Origin: Gemmatimonadaceae bacterium | Lineage (GTDB): Bacteria > Gemmatimonadota > Gemmatimonadetes > Gemmatimonadales > Gemmatimonadaceae | Assembly: GCA_051859245.1 (NCBI GenBank) | Contig: JBHYGA010000001.1 | Location: forward strand, 1,373,722-1,437,721 | Reading direction: 5' to 3' | DNA: 64,000 nt | In this document: positions 1 to 9,881 of the stretch, one piece after another | Numbering within the stretch: position 1 is the first letter of the stretch | Layout of the letters: the number at the start of each line of letters is the position of its first letter | The notes under the pieces: generated by a model | Seen by the model: only the letters and a program-made list of their open reading frames with translations | What the model was told of the DNA's origin: nothing | The model's database searches: none | Made by a program: the position numbers and the translations under genes

Positions 1-2
1 TG

Positions 3-215
3 GGCATTCAGTTCCGCCGCGACTCAACGGCGGTGCTTGAACGCACCCAGGATTGGACGCAGGACATTCGCACGGCCGACGAACCGGGCGAGATTTCGCT
101 GCCGTCGTCGCCGGCGCCCACGCCCACGCCCGACACCGCGCGCCCAGACAGTGCGCGCCCGGATCGCGTTCGTTCCGATTCCACCACCTCGGAGGGCGCG
201 GCCGCGCCGCGCTAA
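3..215 (+). CDS. C-terminal end of a gene truncated by the window edge; Pro/Asp-Ser-rich low-complexity tail
   Basis: Frame open from position 3 (GIQFRRDSTAVLERTQDW...) to TAA at 213-215; the next ORF starts 4 nt later. Confidence 0.6.
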   Translation, partial: GIQFRRDSTAVLERTQDWTQDIRTADEPGEISLPSSPAPTPTPDTARPDSARPDRVRSDSTTSEGAAAPR

Positions 216-218
216 CGC

Positions 219-512
219 ATGCGCTTGTTTCATCGCACCTCGCTGCACCCGGATCTGGTGATGCAAGAGGCGGACACTCACTTCGGTGCACTCGGTCTCG
301 ACCGCGTGCACGTGGAATCGCGCGCGCGACATTTTCGCGGGGCGCTGGGTACGCTTGTGCTCACGGTCAAAATGGAAGGCGGCCACTACACGTTTGTCGA
401 AGCCCACACGGACCAGATCGGTGAAAGCCGACTCGACAAAAACGTGAAGAAGTTTTTTGTGCGCCTGCATCGCACCGCCGATCCTCGGCATCTGCTCGAG
501 GCGGCGTACTGA
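219..512 (+). CDS. Hypothetical protein (97 aa)
   Basis: ATG start, protein-like composition, TGATG coupling to the E1 alpha start. Confidence 0.7.
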   Translation: MRLFHRTSLHPDLVMQEADTHFGALGLDRVHVESRARHFRGALGTLVLTVKMEGGHYTFVEAHTDQIGESRLDKNVKKFFVRLHRTADPRHLLEAAY

Positions 513-1642
513 TGGCGCGCGCCGGGACGTCCCCGGCGCGATCGAAGGCAACGGCTGCGGCGACGAGTTCACGCCCCAGCGACGCCCTCTCGCGCGAGCA
601 ACGCCTCTCCCTCTATCGCTACATGCGTCTCACGCGCGTGCTCGAAGAGCGACTGGTGGCGTTGTACAGACAAACCAAAGTTGTTGGCGGACTTTTCCGT
701 TCGCTCGGCCAGGAAGCGGATGCCGTGGGCAGTGCGTTTGCGCTCGAACAGCGTGATGTGCTGTCGCCGCTGATTCGCAACCTCGGTGCGATGCTCGTAA
801 AGGGCGCCACGCCGCTCGAAGTGCTGCGCCAGTACATGGCCAAGGGCGATTCGCCCACCCGTGGTCGAGAACTCAACATCCACTTTGGCGATACGGAAAA
901 GCGCAACTTCATTGGGCAGATTTCGCATCTCGGTGACATGGTGCCGGTGATGGCAGGTGTCACGCTGTCGTTCAAGATGCGCGGTGAAGATCGTGTTGGG
1001 CTCGTGTACATCGGTGATGGTGCCACGTCTACGGGCGCATTTCACGAAGGCATCAACTTTGCTGGCGTGCAGCGTTGCCCGCTGGTCGTGATCGTGGAGA
1101 ACAACGGTTACGCGTATTCCACGCCCACGCACAAGCAGACGGCCGCCAAACAGTTTGTCGACAAAGCGATTGGTTACGGAATCGCGGGCGTGCAGGCGGA
1201 TGGCAACGATGTGCTGGCCGTGTACGATGTGACCAAAGAAGCTGTGGACCGCGCGCGTCGCGGTGAGGGTGTCACGCTGGTTGAGCTCATGACGTATCGT
1301 CGCAAGGGACACGCGGAGCATGACAATCAGTCGTATCAGCCGCCTGCTGAAATTGAGAAGTGGGCTTTGGAGAACGATCCGATTGATCGCTTTGTGAAAG
1401 TGCTACGCGAACAGCATCAGGTCACCGACGCGGAGTTTGCCGCCATTGAAGCGGAGATCGTCGCGCTGATTGATGCGGCCACAGATGAGTCGGAGGCGTC
1501 ACCAATGCCAGAGCCTACCGATGCACTCGTGGGTGTGTACGCCGATCCCGCCGTGATTCCGCCGCTGTGGTTCCGTGAATCGGTGCGCAGCGCGGTGGAT
1601 ATCAACGAACGCCCGGCCGGATGGGGAACGTATGACGGTTGA
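512..1642 (+). CDS. 2-oxoacid (pyruvate/branched-chain) dehydrogenase E1 alpha subunit
   Basis: TPP-binding motif GDGATSTG...VENN, YRRKGH loop, followed by E1 beta and E2. Confidence 0.93.
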   Translation: MARAGTSPARSKATAAATSSRPSDALSREQRLSLYRYMRLTRVLEERLVALYRQTKVVGGLFRSLGQEADAVGSAFALEQRDVLSPLIRNLGAMLVKGATPLEVLRQYMAKGDSPTRGRELNIHFGDTEKRNFIGQISHLGDMVPVMAGVTLSFKMRGEDRVGLVYIGDGATSTGAFHEGINFAGVQRCPLVVIVENNGYAYSTPTHKQTAAKQFVDKAIGYGIAGVQADGNDVLAVYDVTKEAVDRARRGEGVTLVELMTYRRKGHAEHDNQSYQPPAEIEKWALENDPIDRFVKVLREQHQVTDAEFAAIEAEIVALIDAATDESEASPMPEPTDALVGVYADPAVIPPLWFRESVRSAVDINERPAGWGTYDG

Positions 1643-2609
1643 ACGCACGTACCTTGAGGCCATTCGCGACGCGATGGCCGAAGAAATGGCGCGCGACGAG
1701 AATGTTTTCATCATGGGCGAAGACATCGGCGCGTTCGGTGGTGCGTTCAAGGTCACCGACGGATTGCAGGCGCAGTTTGGTGAAGCGCGGGTCATCGACA
1801 CGCCGATTTCGGAAGCGGGCATTGTTGGCGCCGCAGCGGGTGCGGCGCACATGGGTATGCGCCCGATCGTTGAGTTGCAGTTCATCGACTTTATCTCGTG
1901 CGCGTACGACATGCTCACGAACTACGTGGCCACGGCGCGCTATCGGGCGTTTCTGCCGTGCCCCATGGTGGTGCGCGGTCCGAGCGGTGGATACGTGCGC
2001 GGTGGCCCGTTCCACTCGCAGAATCCCGAAGCGGCGTTCCTGCATACGCCCGGCCTCAAGATTGTGTATCCGTCCACGGCTGCCGATGCCAAGGGGTTGA
2101 TGAAAGCCGCCATCCGCGACGAAGACTGCGTGCTCTTTTTTGAGCACAAGTATTTGTATCGTCGGGTGAAAGAAGTCATGCCCGACGGCGATCACGTGGT
2201 GCCCATCGGTAAGGCGCGCATCGCGCGCGAGGGCACCGACGTGTCGATTATCACGTATGCCGCGACCGTATGGCGCGCGCTTGAAGCCGCCGAACAGTTG
2301 GCCGCGGAAGGCATTTCTGTGGAAGTGCTCGACCTGCGTTCGTTGTTGCCCATGGATGATGAAGCGATTCAGGCAACTGTTCGCAAGACCAACCGTTTAC
2401 TCATCGTGCACGAAGACACGCGCACCGGCGGCATCGCGGGCGAGATCACCGCGCGCGTCAGCGAAACCTGCTTCGAGTGGCTTGACGCGCCGATTCTGCG
2501 CGTCACGGCCGCCGATGTGCCGCTGCCGTATTCGCCGCCGCTCGAAGACTATGTGTTGCCACAAACGTCGGACATTGTGCGGGCCGTGCGTCGGCTTGTG
2601 GCGTACTGA
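1632..2609 (+). CDS. 2-oxoacid dehydrogenase E1 beta subunit
   Basis: GEDIG, DTPISE, ELQFIDF, GPFHSQ, FFEHK motifs; ATG at 1632 overlaps the E1 alpha end. Confidence 0.93.
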   Translation: MTVERTYLEAIRDAMAEEMARDENVFIMGEDIGAFGGAFKVTDGLQAQFGEARVIDTPISEAGIVGAAAGAAHMGMRPIVELQFIDFISCAYDMLTNYVATARYRAFLPCPMVVRGPSGGYVRGGPFHSQNPEAAFLHTPGLKIVYPSTAADAKGLMKAAIRDEDCVLFFEHKYLYRRVKEVMPDGDHVVPIGKARIAREGTDVSIITYAATVWRALEAAEQLAAEGISVEVLDLRSLLPMDDEAIQATVRKTNRLLIVHEDTRTGGIAGEITARVSETCFEWLDAPILRVTAADVPLPYSPPLEDYVLPQTSDIVRAVRRLVAY

Positions 2610-2624
2610 CCCGTTCCCGTCGTC

Positions 2625-2966
2625 ATGAAAGATTCTGATCGGAAGCCCGCGCCCGACCGCCCCAATACGCATCCTGCCGATTTGCCGCAGAGCGCGCTGC
2701 CCTCGGTGCCACTGCAGGATGACGACAAGCGCATGGCGCGCATCGGCGTGGGCTGTTTCACCACGTTCATTGGCGCCATCAGCGGCGCCATGATCGGTGT
2801 GCTGCTCGCGGTGGGCGTCACGTTCGGGACACGTTGTCAGCCCTTGGAAGGGCTGCCGGCGTGCAACTGGCATATCTTTGCAGGGTGGGGCGCGCTCATC
2901 GGCGCGATAACCCTGCCCATTTTGGCACTCTCGCGGCTGCGCCGGCGTGATCGCGCTGGCACCTGA
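2625..2966 (+). CDS. Small membrane protein (two predicted TM helices with a Cys-Cys loop)
   Basis: Two hydrophobic stretches flanking CQPLEGLPAC; fills the gap between E1 beta and E2. Confidence 0.65.
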   Translation: MKDSDRKPAPDRPNTHPADLPQSALPSVPLQDDDKRMARIGVGCFTTFIGAISGAMIGVLLAVGVTFGTRCQPLEGLPACNWHIFAGWGALIGAITLPILALSRLRRRDRAGT

Positions 2967-2988
2967 CCGCTGTCTTTAGGAGAATACC

Positions 2989-4317
2989 GTGGCACGCGTC
3001 GACGTCATCATGCCCCAGATGGGCGAATCCATCGCTGAAGGAACCGTCTCCCGCTGGCTCAAGGCCGTGGGTGATACGGTCAAGCGCGATGAGCCCATCT
3101 TCGAAATCTCCACCGACAAGGTGGACGCCGAGATCCCGTCCCCGTCGTCGGGCGTGCTGCTCGAAATCATTGTCGGCGAGGGCAAGACGGTAGAAGTGGG
3201 CACGGTCGTAGCCCGGCTCGAAACCGATGCTGCGGCTGCAGCCGCCGCGCCGGCCGCTGCCGCGCCCGCTCCTGCCGCTCCGGCGGCCCCTGTGCCGGCT
3301 GCGTCCGCCCCAGTGCCTGCCGCTACCGCACCTGCGGCACCTGAGGCACCGGTGGCCGCGGCGGGATCGCTGGAGGATCGTCTGCGTACCAAGTCGTCGC
3401 CGCTGGTCCGCAAAATGGCCGCCGAGCACGGTGTCGAGATCAGCGCTCTCACGGGATCCGGCATTGCGGGTCGCGTCACGCGCCGCGATTTCGAAGCGCA
3501 CATCGCGTCAAAGCCTGCGGCCGCCGCGCCGAGCAAGCCCGCGGTCGGGGCATCCATGCACGCGCCAGGCGGGATGAACTTCGACACGCCGACCGCCACT
3601 GCATGGCCTGGCGATCGCGTTGAGCCCATGTCAAAGATGCGCAAGGCAACCAGCGATCACATGCTGATGGCCAAGCGCGTCGCGTCGCACGTGACGTCGT
3701 TCTTTGAAGTGGACCTCACTCGCATCTCGCGCATTCGCGCACGTGAGCGCGCCACCTTTGAAAAGCAGACGGGACAAAAGCTCACGTACCTGCCGTTTAT
3801 CTGTCGTGCCGTGGTGCAGCAGCTCAAGCGTCATCCGGTGCTCAATGCAGCAGTGAATGGCACGGACATTATTTTCCGCCAGCAGTACAATCTTGGTATT
3901 GCCGTTGCACTTGAGCCCACGGGATTGCTCGTTCCGGTCGTCAAGCGGGCCGATGAGCTGTCGCTCACCGGACTCACGCGTACGATCAACGATCTCGCGT
4001 CCCGCGCTCGCTCCAAGAAGCTGCAGCCCATGGAGCTGCAGGATGCCACGTTCACCATCACGAACCCGGGCGTGTTTGGTTCGCTCATGGGCACGCCGAT
4101 TGTCCCCGTGGGCACCACGGCGATTCTCGGACTCGGCGCCATCGAAAAGCGTCCCAAGGTGATTGCCGGTGCCGATGGCGAGGACACGATTGCCATTCGC
4201 ACGTGTGCGTATTTCTCGTTGTCGTTCGATCATCGCGTCGTTGACGGCGCCGACGCGGACAAGTTCATGGCCGATCTCAAGGCAGCGCTTGAGAACGTTG
4301 GCGAGGCGATCGAATGA
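2989..4317 (+). CDS. Dihydrolipoamide acyltransferase E2 (single lipoyl domain)
   Basis: Lipoyl motif ISTDKVDAEI, Ala/Pro linker, peripheral subunit-binding domain (GSGIAGRV), catalytic DHRVVDGADA; SD AGGAG before GTG. Confidence 0.93.
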   Translation: MARVDVIMPQMGESIAEGTVSRWLKAVGDTVKRDEPIFEISTDKVDAEIPSPSSGVLLEIIVGEGKTVEVGTVVARLETDAAAAAAAPAAAAPAPAAPAAPVPAASAPVPAATAPAAPEAPVAAAGSLEDRLRTKSSPLVRKMAAEHGVEISALTGSGIAGRVTRRDFEAHIASKPAAAAPSKPAVGASMHAPGGMNFDTPTATAWPGDRVEPMSKMRKATSDHMLMAKRVASHVTSFFEVDLTRISRIRARERATFEKQTGQKLTYLPFICRAVVQQLKRHPVLNAAVNGTDIIFRQQYNLGIAVALEPTGLLVPVVKRADELSLTGLTRTINDLASRARSKKLQPMELQDATFTITNPGVFGSLMGTPIVPVGTTAILGLGAIEKRPKVIAGADGEDTIAIRTCAYFSLSFDHRVVDGADADKFMADLKAALENVGEAIE

Positions 4318-4565
4318 CCGAACGTCGCACGCTGCTCGTGACTGAACGCACCGTGCAACACGCGGAGCGCGAAGGGTACGTGCAGTCCATGCGCGAAACA
4401 CAGCAACGCTGCGCCAACGCGGGTGTGCATTTCTGGATCTTTGAACACGAGAATGACAACACCCGGTTTCTCGAGTTTGCAGAAGCCAAGGCCGACGCGC
4501 GCTTTGAAACGCTCGGCGTTCGGCAGCCGACCACGACGGAGTGGCACGCCGTGGAGCTGAGATAA
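4314..4565 (+). CDS. Hypothetical protein (83 aa)
   Basis: ATGA overlap with the E2 stop; globular-looking sequence. Confidence 0.65.
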   Translation: MTERRTLLVTERTVQHAEREGYVQSMRETQQRCANAGVHFWIFEHENDNTRFLEFAEAKADARFETLGVRQPTTTEWHAVELR

Positions 4566-4832
4566 GTGCCCAGTCGACGGCTAACTTCGAATGGTCGCAC
4601 GTGGCGCGTGTATCCAAGTGGATTTCTCACGCAGTCTGTCGCTGACGAGTTCTCGTTGATTTTTGTGGCGGGTGAAGGGAAGTCGCGAGAGGTTCGGCTC
4701 ACGCGTTACTCGCCCGCTGGCACGCGCTCGCGTGAGCAGGCGCTGGCCGAAATGACAGACGCGCAGTTGGCGCGATTGTTCAGCATGTCACAGTCGAGCG
4801 TGCGATCGCCTGAAGCTGGTTATCAAGAGTGA
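4566..4832 (+). CDS. Hypothetical protein (88 aa)
   Basis: GTG directly after the previous stop; GTGA overlap with the next gene. Confidence 0.65.
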   Translation: MPSRRLTSNGRTWRVYPSGFLTQSVADEFSLIFVAGEGKSREVRLTRYSPAGTRSREQALAEMTDAQLARLFSMSQSSVRSPEAGYQE

Positions 4833-5713
4833 CCGCGCCACACGCGACCACGTGCGAAACTGGTACCTCGGGCAACGCACCCGCCACGCCACGGTTTGTT
4901 GATCTGCAAGTGCACACCACGGCATCCGATGGTGTGCTTGCACCAGCTGCCGTGGTTGAAGCCGCAGCGAGAGCGAAACTCACGGCGATCGCGATCACCG
5001 ATCACGATTCCATTGACGGGCTACCCGAAGCCGAAGCCGCTGGCGAGCGGCTTGGTGTGCGTATTGTGCCAGGCGTTGAACTGGCGGCGCACTTCGAGTC
5101 CGACGAGCTGCATCTGCTGGGCTTGCATCTGGCCGATCGCGATGCCATTGAAGGAGATCTGCAGGCCTTTCGTCGTGAGCGCATTGAACGTGCAGAAGCA
5201 ATGGTGCGTGTGCTCAACTCGCACGGCATTGCGGTCACGATCGATGCGGTACTTGAAGCCGCAGATGTTGGCGCTGTTGGTCGTCCACATCTGGCGCGCG
5301 CGTTAGTGGCCGGCGGTTGGGTGCGTGATTTCCGCGAAGCGTTCGACAAATGGCTCGGCTGGGGAAAGCCCGCGTACGTGGAGAAAGGCAAGCTCACGGT
5401 CACCGATGCGGTCGCGCTCGTGCATCGCGCCGGTGGCATCGCGGTGTGGGCTCATCCTGGCGACCTCGCGACGGAAGCGAGGCTGGCGCGCTTGCACGCA
5501 ATCGGCTTGGACGCGGTTGAAGTGTTGCATCCCAGTCACCCGCAGGCGTTGGCCGAGCGGATTTATGATCGCGCTGAAAAGGTTGGTTTGTTGCCAAGCG
5601 GCGGATCGGATTGGCACGGATCGGCGGAAGGACCGCGACAGCTCGGCGGACAGTTGGTGCCCTATCTCTGGCTCGCCAGGCAGGACACGGCGATTGCGGA
5701 GCGCGGGGGATGA
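4829..5713 (+). CDS. PHP domain phosphoesterase (TrpH/YciV-like)
   Basis: DLQVHTTASDG, AITDHD, PGVE, WAHP, GGSDWHG motifs. Confidence 0.9.
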   Translation: MTAPHATTCETGTSGNAPATPRFVDLQVHTTASDGVLAPAAVVEAAARAKLTAIAITDHDSIDGLPEAEAAGERLGVRIVPGVELAAHFESDELHLLGLHLADRDAIEGDLQAFRRERIERAEAMVRVLNSHGIAVTIDAVLEAADVGAVGRPHLARALVAGGWVRDFREAFDKWLGWGKPAYVEKGKLTVTDAVALVHRAGGIAVWAHPGDLATEARLARLHAIGLDAVEVLHPSHPQALAERIYDRAEKVGLLPSGGSDWHGSAEGPRQLGGQLVPYLWLARQDTAIAERGG

Positions 5714-6438
5714 GCGGGGCCGCGCGCGTCACGCTTGTGACGGGCGGGGCTCGGCGTGTTGGCGCGGCCATTGTTCGCGCGTGCGCTGCGCGTGGCGATG
5801 CGGTAGTGATTCACGCGTCGTCGTCTGCGGTGCAGGCGGAAGCACTCGCCGAAGAGCTCAGGCAGCATGGCGCAGAGATCGCGGTGGTGCAGGGTGACCT
5901 GAGCGACGCCAACACACCAGCACGCGTGGTACACGATGCGGCTGCGTGCTTTGGTCGACTCGATGTGCTGGTGAACTCGGCAGCCTCGTTCGTGCAGGCC
6001 GACATTCTGACGATCACACCGTCGCAGTGGGATGCTGCGTTTTCGGTAAATACGCGCGCGCCGTTCTTTGCGGCGCAGGCGGCCGCTCGTGTCATGCACG
6101 ATGGTGGTGTGATCGTAAACATCGCCGATCATCTGGCCTTTGAAACAATGCCTGACATGGTCGCTCACGCAGCGGCCAAGGCGTCGCTCGTGCACATCAC
6201 GCGCACGCTCGCACGCGCGCTTGCGCCACGTATTCGCGTGAATGCGGTTGCTCCGGGTTTGGTAAGCGCGCCGGAAGAGTTTTCTTCGGAACAGGAAGCA
6301 AAGTTTCTACGGGGTGTTCCGCTGGGACGTGCTGGTCACGCGAGTGATGTGGCGAACGCCGTGTGCTGGTTGATCGACGCACCGTACGTGACCGGAGCGA
6401 TCGTACCGGTCGATGGCGGTCGAGGCGTTGCGCGGTAA
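5710..6438 (+). CDS. SDR family oxidoreductase (pteridine reductase-like)
   Basis: TGGARRVG, VNSA, VNAVAPG, VDGG motifs; ATGA overlap at 5710. Confidence 0.85.
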   Translation: MSGAARVTLVTGGARRVGAAIVRACAARGDAVVIHASSSAVQAEALAEELRQHGAEIAVVQGDLSDANTPARVVHDAAACFGRLDVLVNSAASFVQADILTITPSQWDAAFSVNTRAPFFAAQAAARVMHDGGVIVNIADHLAFETMPDMVAHAAAKASLVHITRTLARALAPRIRVNAVAPGLVSAPEEFSSEQEAKFLRGVPLGRAGHASDVANAVCWLIDAPYVTGAIVPVDGGRGVAR

Positions 6439-7220
6439 TGGTGAACGATCTGCACACCCTGACAAGAAAGCCACGCGAGGCACTCGTGTTTCGACAGATC
6501 GTGGTCATCGGCGGTGGGTGCTACGGCAGCTGGTACGCACAGCAACTTGCGCGCGCGGCGGCACACGGAGCGTTACGCGCGAGTGAAGTGACCGTACTTG
6601 ATCGGGATGACCGTTGTCTGGTGGCCGAGCGACTCCATGCCGGCGAATACAGTGCGCTGCCGCTGCGATTTGTGCAGACGGAGTGGGCGCCGTGGCTCGC
6701 GGAATGGTTGGCCGCCGACGTTCCCGACTCGCGCGCGGCCGATGCGATCGTGCCGTCGCCACTCATGCCTCACTTGTTGTTTGACTGGCTGCTCGAGCGC
6801 GCTCGGGAACGCACGCCAGACCGCGAGATCTCGGTGGAGCCGCTTCGCGTTGCGCCGCAGATGCCGTGGCAGCGCGCCGCGCCCGATGGTCGGCACTACG
6901 TGAGCTTTGCGGACTGGATGTGCCCGGTGAACTGTATTGAACCCGCCCGTTGCCCGGCGACGCGAGGGGAACGGAACTGGAGCATGCCGCCGGCACTTGC
7001 TGCATATGTGGACGGCGAACGCGAGTCCGGCCACCCGCTCGACGGCCCGATTATCTTTCATTGCTTGCACCGAACCTGGGGCGTTGGCATGATCGACGCC
7101 GAAGCCATCGTCGCGGCCGATCGGGTCGTGGCGGAGGCTGCTGCACGCGGGCCAGCTCGCGTGCTCGTGGGAACGGTCTCACACTGTCACGGTGCGCTCG
7201 GCGTGCTGCGGGTTTCGTAG
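6438..7220 (+). CDS. Uncharacterised protein with N-terminal Rossmann motif and C-terminal Cys/His cluster
   Basis: [10 protein letters not shown]...[28 protein letters not shown] coupling. Confidence 0.75.
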   Translation: MVNDLHTLTRKPREALVFRQIVVIGGGCYGSWYAQQLARAAAHGALRASEVTVLDRDDRCLVAERLHAGEYSALPLRFVQTEWAPWLAEWLAADVPDSRAADAIVPSPLMPHLLFDWLLERARERTPDREISVEPLRVAPQMPWQRAAPDGRHYVSFADWMCPVNCIEPARCPATRGERNWSMPPALAAYVDGERESGHPLDGPIIFHCLHRTWGVGMIDAEAIVAADRVVAEAAARGPARVLVGTVSHCHGALGVLRVS

Positions 7221-7254
7221 CTCACACACGCAACGCTTCTTACCAAACGGTCAT

Positions 7255-8271
7255 ATGTCTGAACTTCGTGAAACGCTCGTCATCATTGGCAGTGGTCCTG
7301 CCGCGTGGACGGCTGCGGTCTATGCATCGCGCGCCAATCTCGATCCGGTGGTCTACGAGGGTGAAATCTCCCGTGAGATGGTGCCTGGCGGTCAGCTCAT
7401 GTTCACCACCGACATTGAAAACTTCCCGGGCTTTCCGGAAGCGCTGGGCGGCACCGAACTGATGGAGCGCATGAAGCTCCAGGCGGAGCGGTTTGGCACG
7501 CGGGTGGTCACCGAGAACATCGAGGCCGTGGATTTTTCGCAGCGTCCGTTTGTGCTCACTACGAGCGGCGGCAATCGTGTGCTCGCGAGTGCGGTGATCG
7601 TGTCCACGGGTGCACGCGCAAACTGGCTGGGACTGTCGTCGGAAGAGCGACTTGCGCGTACAGGTGGCGGCGTCTCGTCGTGCGCGGTATGCGACGGTGC
7701 GCTGCCCGCGTTCCGCAATCAGCGACTCGTCGTCGTTGGCGGAGGTGATTCGGCCATGGAAGAAGCGCTCTATCTCACCAAGTTTGCCAGCGAAGTGGTG
7801 ATCGTGCATCGCCGCGATTCGTTCCGCGCCAGCAAGGTGATGGCGGATCGTGTACTGCGGGATCCGAAAGTGCGCGTGGAATGGAATGCACAGGTTGTCG
7901 AAGTGCTCGGCGATGATTTCATCACGGGCGTGCGCATAGAAGCTCTGGTCACCGGCGAGCATCGCGAGATCGCTTGCGGCGGCATGTTCGTCGCCATCGG
8001 TCACACGCCGAACACCGCGTTTCTCGGTGGTCAGTTGGCGCTGCATGACAACGGTTACATCGTCACGCCCGACGGATGGCGTACCACAACGAGCGTGGAA
8101 GGCGTGTTTGCCGCTGGTGACGTGATGGACAGTTACTACCGGCAGGCCGTGACCGCGGCCGGTACGGGTTGCATGGCGGCACTCGAAGCGGAACGTTGGC
8201 TCGCGCACCACGCTGAGCCCACGTCTGATGCGACAACTGCCAGCGCGCACGCCGAAGGAATTCCGGCGTGA
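7255..8271 (+). CDS. trxB: Thioredoxin reductase
   Basis: IIGSGPA, GGQL, CAVCDG redox motif, [14 protein letters not shown]. Confidence 0.95.
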   Translation: MSELRETLVIIGSGPAAWTAAVYASRANLDPVVYEGEISREMVPGGQLMFTTDIENFPGFPEALGGTELMERMKLQAERFGTRVVTENIEAVDFSQRPFVLTTSGGNRVLASAVIVSTGARANWLGLSSEERLARTGGGVSSCAVCDGALPAFRNQRLVVVGGGDSAMEEALYLTKFASEVVIVHRRDSFRASKVMADRVLRDPKVRVEWNAQVVEVLGDDFITGVRIEALVTGEHREIACGGMFVAIGHTPNTAFLGGQLALHDNGYIVTPDGWRTTTSVEGVFAAGDVMDSYYRQAVTAAGTGCMAALEAERWLAHHAEPTSDATTASAHAEGIPA

Positions 8272-8909
8272 GGATTGACGCCTTCACCGTGGGCCCTTTG
8301 CAGGAAAACTGCTATCTCGTGGTGGATGAGCAGGCGGGTGAAGCGGTGCTGGTCGACCCCGGTGACGAAGCGCCGCGTCTGGCTGCAGCAGTGCGCGCGT
8401 CCGGCGCCCGCTTAACGGCGATCTGGCTAACGCACGCGCACGTGGATCACGTTGGCGCGGTGGCACCGCTGGCCAAAGAGTTTAACGTCCCCGTGGCGCT
8501 CCACCCGTTCGATCGGCCGTTGTACGATCGCGCGCCGCAGATCGGACTCACGTACGGCATGCGCATTGATCCGCTGCCGGTACCCGCGCTGGAGCTTGGC
8601 GAAGGGCTTGCGGTGCAGGTGGGAGCGTGCCGATTTGATGTCTTGCACCTGCCTGGCCACGCGCCGGGCCACGTCGCATTTCTGGGACACGGGGTAATGT
8701 TCAGTGGTGACGTGCTGTTTGCGGGTTCGATCGGCCGCACCGACCTGCCGCTGTGCGATCCGAGCGCGATGCGTTCGTCGCTGCAGCGACTGTCAACGCT
8801 TGAGCCTGCGACGATCGTGTATCCCGGGCACGGACCGGCCACCAGTATTGCCCGTGAGCTAAGCTCGAACCCGTTTTTGTCTGGCCTCGCGCGCCCGATT
8901 GGCTCCTGA
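8268..8909 (+). CDS. MBL-fold metallo-hydrolase (glyoxalase II/YcbL-like)
   Basis: THAHVDH, PGHAPG, SGDVLF, GRTD, PGHG motifs. Confidence 0.92.
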   Translation: MRIDAFTVGPLQENCYLVVDEQAGEAVLVDPGDEAPRLAAAVRASGARLTAIWLTHAHVDHVGAVAPLAKEFNVPVALHPFDRPLYDRAPQIGLTYGMRIDPLPVPALELGEGLAVQVGACRFDVLHLPGHAPGHVAFLGHGVMFSGDVLFAGSIGRTDLPLCDPSAMRSSLQRLSTLEPATIVYPGHGPATSIARELSSNPFLSGLARPIGS

Positions 8910-8976
8910 CGCGTGCTGGCGGGTAGTATCGCCAATTGCTGTCGATCGACTGTACCACTCCTCTGCCTTCCCTTTC

Positions 8977-9798
8977 ATGCTATCATCGCCTGTCATCTCG
9001 CGCGTCGCGCGTCGCCTGCATGCTGTCGCCATGGTCACGCTGGCGCTGGGCGTGTCCGCCTGCATTGACGTTTCGGATCCGGACGCGAACAATCGGTTTG
9101 GCTCCATTTCGATTCGCGCCTCGAGCGGCGGCGCCGGCCCGTATCGCGCGTTGCCCACGGCGATCTTTTTCACGGGGTCGCCGAGCACACTGCCAAACAG
9201 CGCGTCGCAGACTGATCAGTGTGGGCAGTTCCCACTGGCACCGGAGCAGCTCGTGCCAGGAACGTTGGTGGCCGGAGAGGAGCTTGCGCTGCGTGTTGGC
9301 GGGCAGAATTTGACGATGACCGAAGCACCCAACGCGCCTCGGATTTATACCATGCCGCCGCCAGGCGAGTTTATCTACGCTGCGGGAGATACGCTGCGGG
9401 TCACGTTGCCGGGCGCTGCCGGTGGATTTCCGGGATCACAGATTTCGCTGCGGCTTGCTGAGGCGGTCCGCCTCGGTCCTCTCACGCCGACCGCGATCGG
9501 CGAGGATTATCCGATTTCGTGGCAGCAGAATGGAGATGCTCGTTCGGGCATCATCATCTCGATGCGCTACGCCTCAGCGGCTTCGACCACAGCGGCAAAC
9601 CTGCAGGTGCTCTGCCTTGTGCGCGACAACGGATCATACACGATTCCGGGCGGTCTGCTCACTGAGTGGTACACGTCCAACCCGTCGTTCCGTAGTGTGA
9701 ATGTGTTGCGCTGGCGTACGAACACGGTGGAAGTAGATCCGCGCTCCACGCTTTACATCGTGTCAACGATCGACACCACGGTTGTTCTCGCCAACTAA
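8977..9798 (+). CDS. Putative lipoprotein, beta-rich, unknown function
   Basis: Basic N-terminus, hydrophobic stretch and lipobox-like VSAC; start position uncertain. Confidence 0.7.
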   Translation: MLSSPVISRVARRLHAVAMVTLALGVSACIDVSDPDANNRFGSISIRASSGGAGPYRALPTAIFFTGSPSTLPNSASQTDQCGQFPLAPEQLVPGTLVAGEELALRVGGQNLTMTEAPNAPRIYTMPPPGEFIYAAGDTLRVTLPGAAGGFPGSQISLRLAEAVRLGPLTPTAIGEDYPISWQQNGDARSGIIISMRYASAASTTAANLQVLCLVRDNGSYTIPGGLLTEWYTSNPSFRSVNVLRWRTNTVEVDPRSTLYIVSTIDTTVVLAN

Positions 9799-9881
9799 GT
9801 TCGCGCACCAGATGCCCACGCCGAGAACGCGTCGCGCCACGGCGCGTTCGGCATAAGGATTTCCTGTCTTCACGGAACGGC

